Shown here: positions 42,401 through 54,855 of the stretch, piece by piece
Layout: every line of letters begins with the position of its first letter
How positions within the stretch are numbered: the first letter of the stretch is position 1
NCBI GenBank assembly: GCA_030704615.1
Contig: CM060733.1
Location: forward strand, 58,776,001-58,840,000
DNA: 64,000 bases
Origin: Takakia lepidozioides
Taxonomy: Eukaryota; Plantae; Bryophyta
Direction: 5' to 3'
Position numbers and translations under genes: made by a program
The notes under the pieces: model-generated
The model's database searches: none
What the model saw: only the letters and a program-made list of their open reading frames with translations
What the model was told of the DNA's origin: nothing

Positions 42401-43600
42401 CTGTCTAAGGGTAGACGGAGTGCTAGTTGGACCTCATGACGTAGTGCCACCGGAATTCTTGTATAAAGACGAGGCCTTGGCAGTCCTAGCTGAAATGCGC
42501 CCAGAACATCTAGCGCTGAAAGCCAATGCCAAGCAGAGGCAGGAGGTGGCGCGTGCAAGATACTGGGCTGAAATGGAGAAGTACCATTTGTGTGGGACTG
42601 ATGAAGAGCCGCACACGTGCGCTGGTGTCGCGCAAGCCCTCTGATGCGCGCAAAAAGACGACCGCATGGGGTACGGTCTGATGGGAGAGGCGCCTGCTGT
42701 TGGGGTAAGAGTGATGGGGTCGGCAATGCAGGCTGCACAACTGGAGAAGAAGGCACGTGGAGAGGCTCATGACCAAGAGGAGTTGGGCTGCCTTGAAGCC
42801 GCTGCCGAGAATGGGATGGAGAACCTGGAGGAGAAGTGACTGGCGTGGAACCTCGAACCCTACCTGAGAGGCGCAGTGGGGGAGGGCTCAACAGACACTG
42901 TGGGAGTTCTTCGGTCGGTGGGGCGCCAATGGAAGAACCTGGAATCAACGGTGGAGAAGACTGTTGTGAAGATGACGACTCTTCTTGAATTTGGTGTCTG
43001 GAGCTTGGACTCTGGTGCGCATCATGAACATGTGAGCTAGGGGTAGGGGTACGTTGGCGTTGGGGTCTTCCAAGAGGAGAAGGTCTTCCAGTAGGAGCAG
43101 TTGCGGCTGTGTTCAGCACCTCTCGTTGCTCTGGGGAGCGAACTGCCAGGGATGGTGGAATAGGCAGTAAAGGGGTTGTGGTGAGGGTTGGAGTTGGCTG
43201 CCTGTACTGCATCGGGGCTGAATGAGCTGGGGGACGAGCCGATTGAGGCCGCCTTACCGGCGTGGGGCCCACTGTTGCACAGCGGCCGCTTGCTCGCTTA
43301 GCGCTGCTACCGCTGTCGCTACTGCCAACACCTCCACTAAGTTGGCGGCGCTGCAGGCCTCGCCGAGGTCTGGCGGCGACGCCGCTCATCGTACTTCTCG
43401 TGTCCACGCTCGTCAGACTCAAAAAGCCCCGATGAGAGGGCAAAACAGGCTGAAATAGGTCGAAGGTCGAAGAAGAAGGTGCCCTCACCACATTGTCAGG
43501 TAATTTCGGATTGGTCTGTGAGAACGTGAGAACCACCACGGTCCAGCTGAGCAGGCAGAGATTGAAACACGGCCTGCTAAGACCAACCCGACTCTCCCAA
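39438..43600 (-). mobile_element. Near full-length CRE/SLACS-clade (RLE-type) non-LTR retrotransposon; single ORF ~43389-39608 with several stops and a frameshift
   Basis: N-terminal Zn finger PCGRLF..IRGLARHQRTC. RT: AAGPSG, KPSGTGIRPIAVGE, QFGV..PGGCE, DVTNAFN, QGDPLG, VVDDTHIVG, GLSVQPRKC. CCHC knuckle CVC...HLLRC, then RTASHD...RVDIV...LADVV...KE restriction-like endonuclease. AATAAA on the minus strand at 39461-39466. Confidence 0.9.
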
Positions 43601-43982
43601 AAACCTTGTTCAAATATACAATGTGTAACAAAGGATTCCATTCATGCCTAACCAATTTACTAGAGTGCCACCCTCCTTCACTCCTTTGCATAATGGTACT
43701 TTTGTGTTTAGAAGTTGCTGAGTGCTCTTCCCAATGGTTATGTTCAACTTTAAATTTCAATTGTGCTGCATTCTATATATAAGCTACAACTTGCTTAGCA
43801 AGCTGTACTCTCTATACATTCTTGCCAACACACAGAACATGTAATGATATAACCACCTTAGGTCCCCTCTCAAGTTTGTAAGAAGCTGCAAGTGTTCAGC
43901 AACTGTGCAAACCGAGTTGCAGTTTTAGGTAGCTGGCAGGTGAACTACGGAGCACTTATTAGTATATCCTCACAGTCGAGGG

Positions 43983-43990
43983 CCACGTGA
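43983..43990. promoter_or_regulatory. G-box upstream of ABC1K1
   Basis: GCCACGTG ~190 bp upstream of the ATG; consistent with a light-regulated plastid gene. Confidence 0.4.
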
Positions 43991-44172
43991 GCATGCGGTC
44001 AGACAGTGAGAGCAACGTGTGAGCGGGAGGGAAGCGCGCATACTGTGTGCTATCCAGTGGGGATTAGGCGGTGGGTGTATGTGTTGCTTGTAGGGAATTT
44101 GGGGTCGGGTGCCTTGCGTGAGTGACAGTGTCGTGGTGGATTGGGAGCTGAAGGGGGCTGCGTAGGCACCCA

Positions 44173-47100
44173 ATGATGGCAGTTGTTTATGACGGTAAGC
44201 CGGCTGCAATGTCCAGCGTGTGTATGCAAGGATTCGCAGTTGGGACTTCACCAGTGATGCGCCGTTGGCATCCACGTTTAGGAACAGAATTCTATCAGCA
44301 TAGTTTATGTCCGCCTGTGGTCAAGCGTTTGCGCCACCATGGCCGGTGCAGGGCGATTATTCTAGCATCCGCAGCAGGTGCAAATGGAGTCGACAGGCAG
44401 GAGGGTCTTGGGCCTGGCGGCTTTTTGCTCGGCAGGTTGGCGCAAGACACAGCGAAGAATAGCTCTGGTGCGATGGAGGAATTAGAACTTGAACGTGGTG
44501 TCTGCAATCCCTTCAGAAGATACACTCCTGAAGCGGTGAGTTGTTTGTCTTCGCATTCTTCGAGGTGGGGACACTAAAGGAAATCAAAAGTGAGTAATGC
44601 AGTACCGGCACTGAGTTGTTTGTGAATTTGCTGCTTACTGTTTCTGAGCCGGGGTACTCCAAATGCGCAGGTGCGACAAAGAGTGTTACAGTCACCAAGT
44701 GCATTCCTTTCAGTAATTGGCCGAGGGTCCGAAATCCTTTTTTCATTAGGATTTTATTGGGCTTCCCTCTCGTATGACTGCCTTGTGGGGCGTGGTGAGG
44801 AGATGGTGCCTTTGCGTGCTAAGCAGCTTAGAACTCTTCTATGCAACTTAGGGCCCTCCTTCATCAAAGCTGGCCAGGTAATGCTACACAGATGGCGGCT
44901 CCTTGCCTACCACTTGATTTCTTTTTCAATTTTGCTGTTGTATCCTGGTGGCTTTTTAGCTGTAAAAACTTGCACTTTGGATGATGGGGGTGCTGAAGTA
45001 TTTGGAATGGATTGGGAGTCATGTCCCTTCTTGGTTCATGTGCAGGTGCTGGCGAATAGGCCTGATATCATTCGTGAAGACTACATGAATGAGCTTTGTA
45101 TCCTGCAGGATGATGTTCCCGCCTTCCCCAATAAGGTTTGCTACTACATTTCTACTGCGCAGAAGTTGATGACAAACACTCCCTGAAGCATTTCAATATT
45201 CTTGCTCTGGCTGGTGGCTCCTCTGCAATGCGTTCATTTCAAGCATTTCATCCTTGCCAGCTGATTATGACTTCATTCTGAAGGCCATAGGCCTTAAGGA
45301 TAATGTTTTACTAGTGGATGTGCTGAGCAGTCATGCACAGTCAGGTAAGGTGCTGTAGAACCCTGAAGGATTGAGTTGCGTATGTATGCAGGAGGCTCTT
45401 AGGATTATAGAGGAGGAAATGGGTGCCCCCCTAGAGCAGATATTTAGCAAGCTGTCAGCTGCCCCAGTGGCTGCTGCAAGTCTCGGTCAAGTCTACCAAG
45501 GTACACTCCGGGATTCAGGCGATGAAGTTGCTATAAAGGTGGGTTCATCTGCATTTTAGGACTTTCCATGGTCATTGTAGTCTGGATGTCTGTTTGTCTC
45601 TCTCTCTTTGTGTTCGGCTCAAACTAGCTGGCAGGGTCTACTGCCAGAAGGCTGGTGCAAGCAAGGTCTCTTGGATTCTTCTTCCTCCTATCCATGTCGT
45701 ATGAAAGGCCACCTTCAACCAGGAGTGCAAGGCCTGGAGCAAGATTCTGGTAGGAATGCTATCTGATTGACTTGTTGTCAGCTTTGAACGTCGCCAGTGC
45801 TGTGCTATGCTGGTGGGCCACCCTGTACACGGAAAGTTAAGAGTTGTCAAGTAAATAATGCCTCTGTTAGAGGAGGAGTTCCTTAAAGATTTGACCTCTC
45901 AAAGTGTGCTGGAACTTGTTGCTGGTTTGGCAGGTGCAAAGGCCAGGTATCGAGCCAATTATCTACAGGGATCTATTTTTGTTCAGGACTTTGGCATCAT
46001 TCCTGAATGGCATCAGTATGAAGAAGTTGGGCTGCAATGCGGAGCTCATTGTGGATGAATTTGGTGAAAAGCTGCTTGAAGAACTGGACTATACTCTTGT
46101 AGGTTCTCTCTTGTTCTGCTCTATTTCCACTCACTTGCCTGGGTACCTGTACCATTGTGGTTCCTGTTGTGAATGTAGCACTGAAGCAGCAATGTGACTT
46201 GCAGGAGGCGCGCAACATTGAGGACTTCTACAAGAATTTTCAAAGTGACCCAACTGTGAAAATACCTCGTGCATACAGAAACCTAAGTGGCGCACAAGTG
46301 CTTGTGATGGAATGGATTGACGGAATTCGCTGCACTGACCCCCAGGTGGGTTACCTCATTTTCTAACTCAGTAACCGGACCCCAGTTATTTCTTCAACTT
46401 CTGTTCAACCTGAAAAACTTTTTCAAAAATAGTTAGCTAGACCATTTCCCTGGACGTAGTAAATTAATTTCCCCCTCTGTTGTGGTATCTAGTCACCCAT
46501 TACAGTGAAAGGAAGCTTCTGCCTGAAGTTTCCCACCTTCTCTATGTTCATGTGATGATTGTAACATGGAATCAAATGGAACAGACTTGGATGTAGAAAA
46601 CCAATATTTAAAGCATTTGCATACAAGCCTCAGGCAGACATGAAGCTTGACCTGGCAGCTATGGGTAAGTGCAGGGAATCAAGGAGGCAGGTATTGATAT
46701 TGAGGCTTTCATAACAGTGGGGGTCAGTGCTGCATTGCGGCAGTTGCTGGAGTTTGGACTCTTCCATGGTGATCCGCATCCTGGTAACATATTTGCCATG
46801 CGCGATGGTCGTGTTGCCTATGTGGATTTTGGAAATGTTGCGGAGCTAAGTCAGGTAAGCTGGATGGATTTATGACTTGGTTGTGTAAGAAACATGAAAT
46901 TGTGTAAGGACGCAGCATTAGTCACTGGAGTATAGAGAGAGCTGAATAATGGTTAACTGCGAAAGTTCTAGAACTTCCGGGTGGCATTTTGAAGTATGTT
47001 GTAACGTGAAAACTTGTTGCCAGTCTAACTCTTGTTGAATGATTTTCACGAATGTGTTGGTTACTAGCATCCCAGTTAGAGAGCTGCAGTGCTAATGATG

Positions 47101-49243
47101 TTCAGATCCTGCACATTGCTGTACATATTTCCGAATGAATTCTGTGCATGAATTGGCGGTTGGATACCCATCATTGCCAAATTCTCATTGGTTGAACTCG
47201 AGCCAATTTTTTTGATATACGTTGTTTATACCTCTTTGTGCAGCGAAACAAGCAAATTTTGATAGATGCAGTTGTCCATGCGGTAAATGAAGACTATGTG
47301 GAAATGGCGGGAGATTTGACCAGGCTTGGCTTTCTTGCTCCTGGTACCAACGTTACTCCCATTGTTCCTGCTCTTGAAGCAATTTGGCAAAACTCCACTG
47401 GCAAAGGCCTCGCGGATTTTAACTTCCGCACTGTCACTGGTGAGCTTGCCAGTCTCGATCTCTTACTTCTCTCCCCCATAAATGACTCATGGGAGTAAGG
47501 GTGTCTGAAAGACGTATCACCTAGGTCGTACCTACATGTTGGTTTTACTTTATTTTTCATTTGGATGTTTTGGGCTGGAATGTATTCAGTTATTTTGAGA
47601 AAGGTTTTCTATTCTGGCACATTGTATGTACTGTACCACATGATTGTCATTTTCTTCCCTCTAGATACAATCTGAAATTCGGTCTGGTGCAGGCAAGTTC
47701 AATCAGCTTGTGTATGAGTACCCTATTCGGATTCCGGAGAGATTCTCTTTGGTGATTCGATCTTTGCTAACTCAGGAAGGAATCTGTCTCTCTCTTCTGC
47801 CCGATTTCAAGTTTCTTGAGGTACATATCTCACTGTGTTTTGCCAGATATTTTGGCTTTCCTTGTGGTAAGAATTTTTGCTGGAACTGGTTTGATTATGC
47901 CAAATCTAAAATCCTGTGTTGTCCTTTGAAACGCCAGTATCTAATTCTTACATCTGATTTGCAGGTAGCCTATCCCTATGTGGCAAAGCGTCTGTTGACA
48001 GATCCAGATCCGGCTTTGCGAGAACGACTTCTTCAGGCAAGATTCATCCAACAAAGGCTAGCTGGTCATGTTTTGGTTCAAGTTCCCAGTGTGTTTAGCT
48101 TGTGCATAATTGTTAATGACATGACTACTTAGAGATTTGGGCAGGAATGAAGACAGATATAGGGGTTGTGCTTCTTCCTTTATACATGTAAACTGGCTAA
48201 TGAGGCAGTCTTATGAGCAGGTGCTGTTCAAGGATGGCTCATTTCAGTGGAAGAGACTGGAGAATTTGATTGTTTTGGCTAGAGAGCAAGTCACGCTGAT
48301 GAATCGCAATACCCCGTTACAGAATGCTCTCTCATCGTCTAGTAGCAGGTATATGGGATTATCACTCTATCTTCTTTGTGAAATTTTTACATTTAGCAGT
48401 CTGACACTTGCAAGCATGGTGTTTCTACAACTCTTTCATGTGGACTTCGATCTGATTGGATGTTCAGAGGCAGCCCTGCAAGGAATAGAACGCCGGTTGG
48501 TGGGAAGCTAGATTTGACAGACACCATAAAAGATGGCGCTCGAGTGGTGGCCACTGATGCCAGCTTGCGTCGGCAGCTTCTTATGGCATTCACAGAGGAC
48601 TCACGATTGCACCTTCGGGAGGTTTGCCCACATATTTCCATCTTTTACAGCAACTAAGAAATAGTAGCTTCATGTCACATTGGTCTTGTGTTGGTCTTGT
48701 GGTTCTATGAGACAGGTAGTCCACAGACAATTACCCCAATTTGCCTTGGGTGTAATACCACACAAGCATCAATTTGGCTTAGTTGTTGGACCACGAAATC
48801 CAGATCATAGGCCTTTTGAAGACTAGGCTTGAGGTCCATTCTAAAGTATCACCAAAAAACCCATCCTTCTGTTGACAAGGAAGTAAAGATATGTTTTCAG
48901 ACCTTCAATGTACGTTAACTTTTGACTTGTTGTGGTAATAGTGACCTGTCATGTCATATCTTTCTCATTCGGGCATGGGGCTCTGGGTTACAGGTGCTGG
49001 ATATATATAGGCTGGTACAAGGAGACTTCGATCCAGCAACTGTGGTGACGGATTTGGTGCAAGGTATGACTCCTTCCATGTCAGGCCTACTCATAGCTCA
49101 AAGGCGATTTTCCAGTTCAGAGATAGCTTGGGCTAGTTTTGGCTGGTCGCTCAGTACTCGCTTTGTGAGTGTGTGCAGGGATCCCGAGCGCTACCCGTGA
49201 TTTCGTGCTGTCCTGGAGTGACTCTGTGCTTGCTGATCGCTAA
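44173..49243 (+). CDS. ABC1K1: Plastoglobule ABC1/UbiB atypical kinase ABC1K1 (PGR6/BDR1), multi-exon, with N-terminal transit-peptide-like region
   Basis: LERGVCNPFRRYTPE, NLGPSFIKAGQVLANRPDIIREDYMNEL, AAASLGQVY, VAIKVQRP, EELDY, VLVMEWIDG, FHGDPHPGN, YVDFG, C-terminus RDFVLSWSDSVLADR* (TAA 49241-49243); one GC-AG intron. Confidence 0.96.
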
Positions 49244-52020
49244 ATTGTTGCACCTGTACATTCAACAGCTTTCGACTTAGTTTTAACATGCGATGGGGGT
49301 CTTGTAGTGTTACACTTAATTCAGGTTAGCTTGCCCTCTTTCCTTTGCAACATAATTAGCCTCACCCCCATTCATTACCTCTGTCCACCTAGTAAGAGAA
49401 AATGTGTAGAGAAAGAATAGGCACCAGTTCCACTGGTCAAATGTATAGCAGCACAAGCTGTGGTTAGTGCCAGGAGGAATGCACAGGGCAGTTACTTCAC
49501 ATACAAGCCATGCCACAAGTTTGTGGGTGCACACACCCACTTTGAGAAGATGCTTCAGCAAGCGTGGATGAAAAGTCAGTTAGGTAGGACATGTTTACTC
49601 CCTTCTACAATCGGGTTCAATGATCACTGTCTTGTTCGCACAGGTAGTTTCCTGTCAGCTTTAGTGACTTCGGCAGAAAGGCCCTCTACAGTTGAGATCC
49701 TCCATACAGACAGGCTCCATGCCTAAAATTGAGATTTTTCAGTATGAGTGCCCCCCACAGGGAGTTTTGTAACAATATGACAAGATTGCCATTTGTCTGC
49801 CGCACCAGTGTACCCTTACTTTTACATATACCTGGCAAAAGTATCATAAGCTATGTATAGATTAGAGAACAAGCTCTTGACCAGTGGAATAGCTAGCTTG
49901 AGGGTCTAAGAGGTAAAAGCTGTGAGTTAGCAATTTCTGTTCCAAATTTTGATGGCTCAATGCGAATATCTTCACAAACCATTATGGGGGTTGGTATGAT
50001 ATCACAGCTGAAATGAAGTGTCCGTATCACACTAGGGTGACATCAAGAGTGGTCCAGTGACCTAACCACCTGAACCGCTGCGAGATGTCCTAGCATGTGA
50101 GCAATGGATTTGTGTTTGATGGTTTTGGGTTGACTACCAAAATCAACTACGATCACAGACCACAAGGCTAAGGCAAACAGAGGAGTACAAATTCTATCCC
50201 TCTCAGAATTACGGTAGTGTGATTTCATATGCATGTGTCGTGCATGTGCTTTGGCTTGGGGGGCTAGAGCAGCATTGTTGTGTGTTGGGTAGCATGATGT
50301 CTCTACCAGCTCCTAAGCCACCAGTCATGTAACTGGCAAGACCAGGGCATTTACGATTTGACTTTCAATACCCTGGTAATTGAAAACTCCAAACTTGTCC
50401 ACAAGGCTTCATATTCAACGAAAACTATGCCCTCCAAAAGTCATTCACAAGGAGCTGCGAGTGTGCATCTCTCTCTCTGATGACGGAGCTGTCTTTCTAT
50501 TTAGTATGAAATGTCCATGCTCTTTGATCCCTTCATAACTCTCACTTGAGAGAAAGCTCATTTCTTTGTTCACTTCAAAGAGGGTATCTCCCAAGGGTTA
50601 TGACTCATGACGGCAGTGTGATACATACAGATTTCTCTTCTCTCTCACACTATGAATTGAGAAATTTCCACATCAGCAAATGATATCAGCACGTACTGAA
50701 GGAGCTCATAGAAGGACGATAAGATTCCGATTAGAACACAATGTGTCCAGAACGGTTACTTCTTCGAGGATGTATTTAATTTCTGCTGGAATGGGTCAAA
50801 GACACTGTGAGCCTGGATCCTGGATCGTTTAGCAACCCCAAGAACCCAAAGATTCTAATGTCTGTACCTGCCCTCAGAATCCCTGGACAATGGGGAGGCA
50901 CCGTAGCTATCATTCGCAAGGGACTGCCCGACGCTGCCAATATGGATAGCCAATTGACCTCCACTTCCAGGCCTGCTAATCTGGTGCATGATGTGAGGTT
51001 TCTCCCTGCCCATCCATCGAAGGAAGAATTGAAGGAAGGAAAGATTGAAGAGAGAGCCAGGGCAAGATTACATGCACTCATAAGTTGTAATACTTGTTGC
51101 ATCAGCAGATGCCAACATCTAGCCTTAGAGGCTATGCAGAAGATAATCCCCGCAAATAGGATAAATATGAACTGCCAAAGAGCTATACCGATGCCATGCA
51201 TTAAATGCCATATGTACTATTACAGTATCCTTGTGGCATAGAAATAAATAAACTTTCTACCACCGTCAGGAAGTTATGGGATAAAAGAAGGTTGGATACA
51301 AGAAAGTTGCCCCCTCAGCAAGCAGCTCAAATACTGTTAAAGATGTAGACTTCTCTAAGTTGGAGAGCCTCATGTAGATCTGTGGCCCCAAGCATACCTG
51401 GTCATCACAATGACAGACTTCAGCAAGGGATTGGGTGTCCCAGAATAGGCAAAAGTATCGACTGACAGTGAAAAAAGAGATCCAATTCAATCTCAATCTT
51501 CTCCTTCAGTCATCTCTTGCACAAGCAGTCAGACGCTCTAGGTTTGCCCCATCTAAAGTCTCTATCCACAAGCTACATGAGCCCACCCTCACCTTCACAA
51601 TGTTCGCAGAAGTAAAGGGAGATGGAGTTGTCGACAAGTAATTGGTCTGAAAGATTTTGATGTCGTGGAGTTGGTCCAAGAAGGTGTCGTGACAGCACTG
51701 CAGCTTTGTTGTGACATTTGCAGGTTTGCAGGTCTGCTTCACATGGAATTCCATCAGCCCGTCTAATAAGCTTTTTGCGGTGATGTTTTGTTCAGAGATT
51801 CCCGGACCTTCAGGATTTTGTGGCAGTAGGGATGCGATGGACAAGCCATGTTGTTCCAAGATCCAAGCGTATCAACAGGTCTGTAACCCAGCTTTGAGCC
51901 TCATTGAGGTTGTGAGAGCACAGACTGACAACCACTTGGAGAGGAGAGTGCGCAAGCCTTGTCAAAAAGATTGTGACTCAAAGTATGGTTTCAAGTTCAA
52001 GCAAGTAAACTTTGAAAAGA

Positions 52021-52345
52021 AATAAACTAAATTTATCCTCAGGAGGCCCAAAAGGTCTCATGAGACAGAAGAGAACAACAAAGAACTATAGAAAAATACA
52101 TTCGAAGTAATTCCCAACTGCAAGCGTTTACAGTGTGCATAATCGGCACCAACCCCAGACCTCGGGCATGCAGGTGAGCTGCTAAGCGGTCCACATTCGC
52201 ACAGCTGAACAAGGACGATGGCGAAGAAGAAATGTATTACATCCCATGGATGTCCAGAGAAGGAAAATTAGATTCTTAGTATGGGAGAGCATGTACCTTG
52301 GGCACCCAAGTCCGCGCTCCTTCACACCGTTCGCGCCCATACTGG
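52021..52345 (-). mobile_element. 3' fragment of an RTE/RTEX-like non-LTR element
   Basis: Minus-strand LGCPRY and LFSCANVDRLAAHL resemble an ORF2 C-terminus; GGCCCAAAAGGTCTCATGAGACA resembles the motif at ~28549 and ~36095. Confidence 0.4.
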
Positions 52346-53666
52346 ACTTGTTTGATTCAAATTTTCTTCTTGAATTTAAATTCAAATCTCAAAATTTCCT
52401 CCTACAACGTTCATGTCTTTTTTGAGATCTCCCCCCCCCCCCCCCCTACTCTCTAACATTCAAAACATTTTTATTTATTTATTTTTGAAACATTTTGAAA
52501 TATGATAATTTCCGCGGTTGAGTACATTGGAATGTTAAGTCTCAATCAAAAGAATTTATTTCTATACTTCATTTTCAATTCATATAATTCTACTCTTTTA
52601 ACAATGAATATGAATCCTTTAATTCATTTTTAAAGGGTTGGTGGTGCTTCTACATGATTAACTATCAAAGATTTTATATGTAGCCTCTGTAAATTTTGTT
52701 ATGTTTTTATGTTTTAATTTCGTTTTCAAATTAATGAATTGAATTAATTGAAAAAAATCATAGATGTGGTTAATGTTATACTAAAGGACGAAGGAAAAAA
52801 ATAATGAGTATTTTTGTACTTTAGAGAAACTTACTATATGAAAATACTGAAGGATATATATATACTAATGTTGTTCGTAACGTGAATGTACTCCATGCTC
52901 TTTTTTTTACTCGTGATGATTTTAGCCAATGAGATAAAATCTAAGAATAAAATATAAAAATTGGTGGGCTTTCTAAGCTAAATATTACATGTGACCATTG
53001 GAGTTGTGGAAGCTTAAACATATGAGCTTTAGGAGTTAACTATTAATTCCAAATTAATTCAAATTAAGATATCAGCATACTAAAGAATGTAATTGCAGCC
53101 TTTGGTAGGTTAAATAGACAATATAAACCACTTCAATTACACAATATTTGAATCATGTGATAAAATATAATCATGAATGTTGTTTATTTTTGGAAAAGTA
53201 AACACATCATAATGTTACAAAATGATGTATAAATACATGTTAAGGTGCATGTATTTTGAAGTGATTATCAATGTGATGTATGCTTATATATTATTTTTAA
53301 AAATAATAATTAAAAAAAACTTTACAATGGTATATTATAATGATAGAACATTTAATTAAGTACAATAGTAAATGCTATAGGAATTCTATAAATTGATTAT
53401 TGTACGAAGTTTATATTTAATGTTCTAAATATTATATATGGTGTAGTATAATATACTAAAATATGACATATATATATTATAAGGTATTATAATAAATAGG
53501 ATGTGTTTTGTAAGACCAAACAATAAATGAAAGACTCTACCATTTTGCATAGTTGAGAGGGCGCAGACAATAAGGGAAGGGGAACCAGAGACAGTGACAA
53601 AAAGGGCTAAAAGCAACTGTAGATTAACTATCTGTAATTGAGTTTGGACGCTTTCGTGGAGGGCAA

Positions 53667-54411
53667 TGTTATAAGGTCCCTTCTTGGGAAAACTTAAACA
53701 ACACATGAAACAATTGAATTCAGAGGTCAAGATAATATGGTAAGTCACCCTCTCAAACAAGTGCTGGAGCTCGGGATGCACTAAATCGCTCAGTAGAATG
53801 GTACTCAAATATGGTCCTCCTCCGGCCTCCTATTCGTCCTCAAGTCTCCCACTTCATGGAGTGCTTCCTCTACGTCTTGCCTCACATGGCCACAAGGCCT
53901 TGAGCTAGGACTATCCCGCTCTCAACTATGCTTGTTTCTTCTATCAGAGAGCCATAAGCTCAACCCTCTAGGATCTAGCTCCCTCAAGCTCAAAACTAAC
54001 TACACAAGCAAGAGACCAAAGCAAAGAAATGAGTCTAAATGAAGAACAAGAGGAGCTTGCTCTTCTTTTATGGTGTTTTTGGGGCCTCTTAAACTAGTGA
54101 AGGATAGTCTTAAACTATTATTTCCTACGTGAGTCTATAATTTAAAAAGGATAGAACACAATAAATTAATAACCTTGTATGGAAAACCTTGGAGATAATG
54201 ATAAATGTGGTTTTTTCATCCATCCAATGGATGACCAGTTGGCGCTAGGTTGTCTTTTCATCCATCCAGCTTTCAGATCGAAATTCCCTTTTTCATCCAT
54301 TGGATGAGCTAGAATTCCATTTAATCGCCTTTCGCGAATGCCTCCGGCTTGATAATTTGATGTCGTCTGTCATCACTTCCATAATTCATCAAACTTGGTG
54401 ATACATTATAA
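53667..54411 (-). mobile_element. Probable solo/partial LTR
   Basis: One end reads TGTTATAA on + (…TTATAACA on minus), the other a degenerate TTATAA; minus-strand CCATAAAAG TATA-like box followed by a CT-rich tract; repeated TCATCCA(A/T)TGGATGA palindromes; no TSD found. Confidence 0.45.
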
Positions 54412-54855
54412 TTAGATGCCCCGTAGCTGCCCGTAAATTCTCAAGGGAATCTAGGAAGAAAAGCCAATCTTTTTGTTGGTTTCCATGGTTTCGTCATACA
54501 TGCAGTCCGCCGCTTCCTGGCAGTTAAAATACTGGTGGTGCCCCAGTCTTTAGCCAGTCGTCTTTTATTGTTTCGAACTAGTGCATGTTGTCGCTACTGG
54601 TACCGAATTGGCAGCCTAATTCGTTGTCGATGCAGCGTCTTACGGTCATTTTGATGCCAGAGCTTGTCTCCATGGTCGTCGCAGACATAATCTATGTTCC
54701 TACGTATTTTACCAACGATTTCTAGATAACTCGCAAACTGCCTTGCTTTGGCAGCTTTGGCAGTACAATGCCTAAACTATTTGCCTTAAGATCAAAAACG
54801 ATCTGAAAAGAAATTTGTACCAATATATGCATCTATAGTTGGGCAGAATTTCTCT

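Noticed and set aside
49300-52000. Several 100-145-aa ORFs downstream of ABC1K1
   Set aside because: No recognisable motifs or consistent splice structure; cannot be supported without a search
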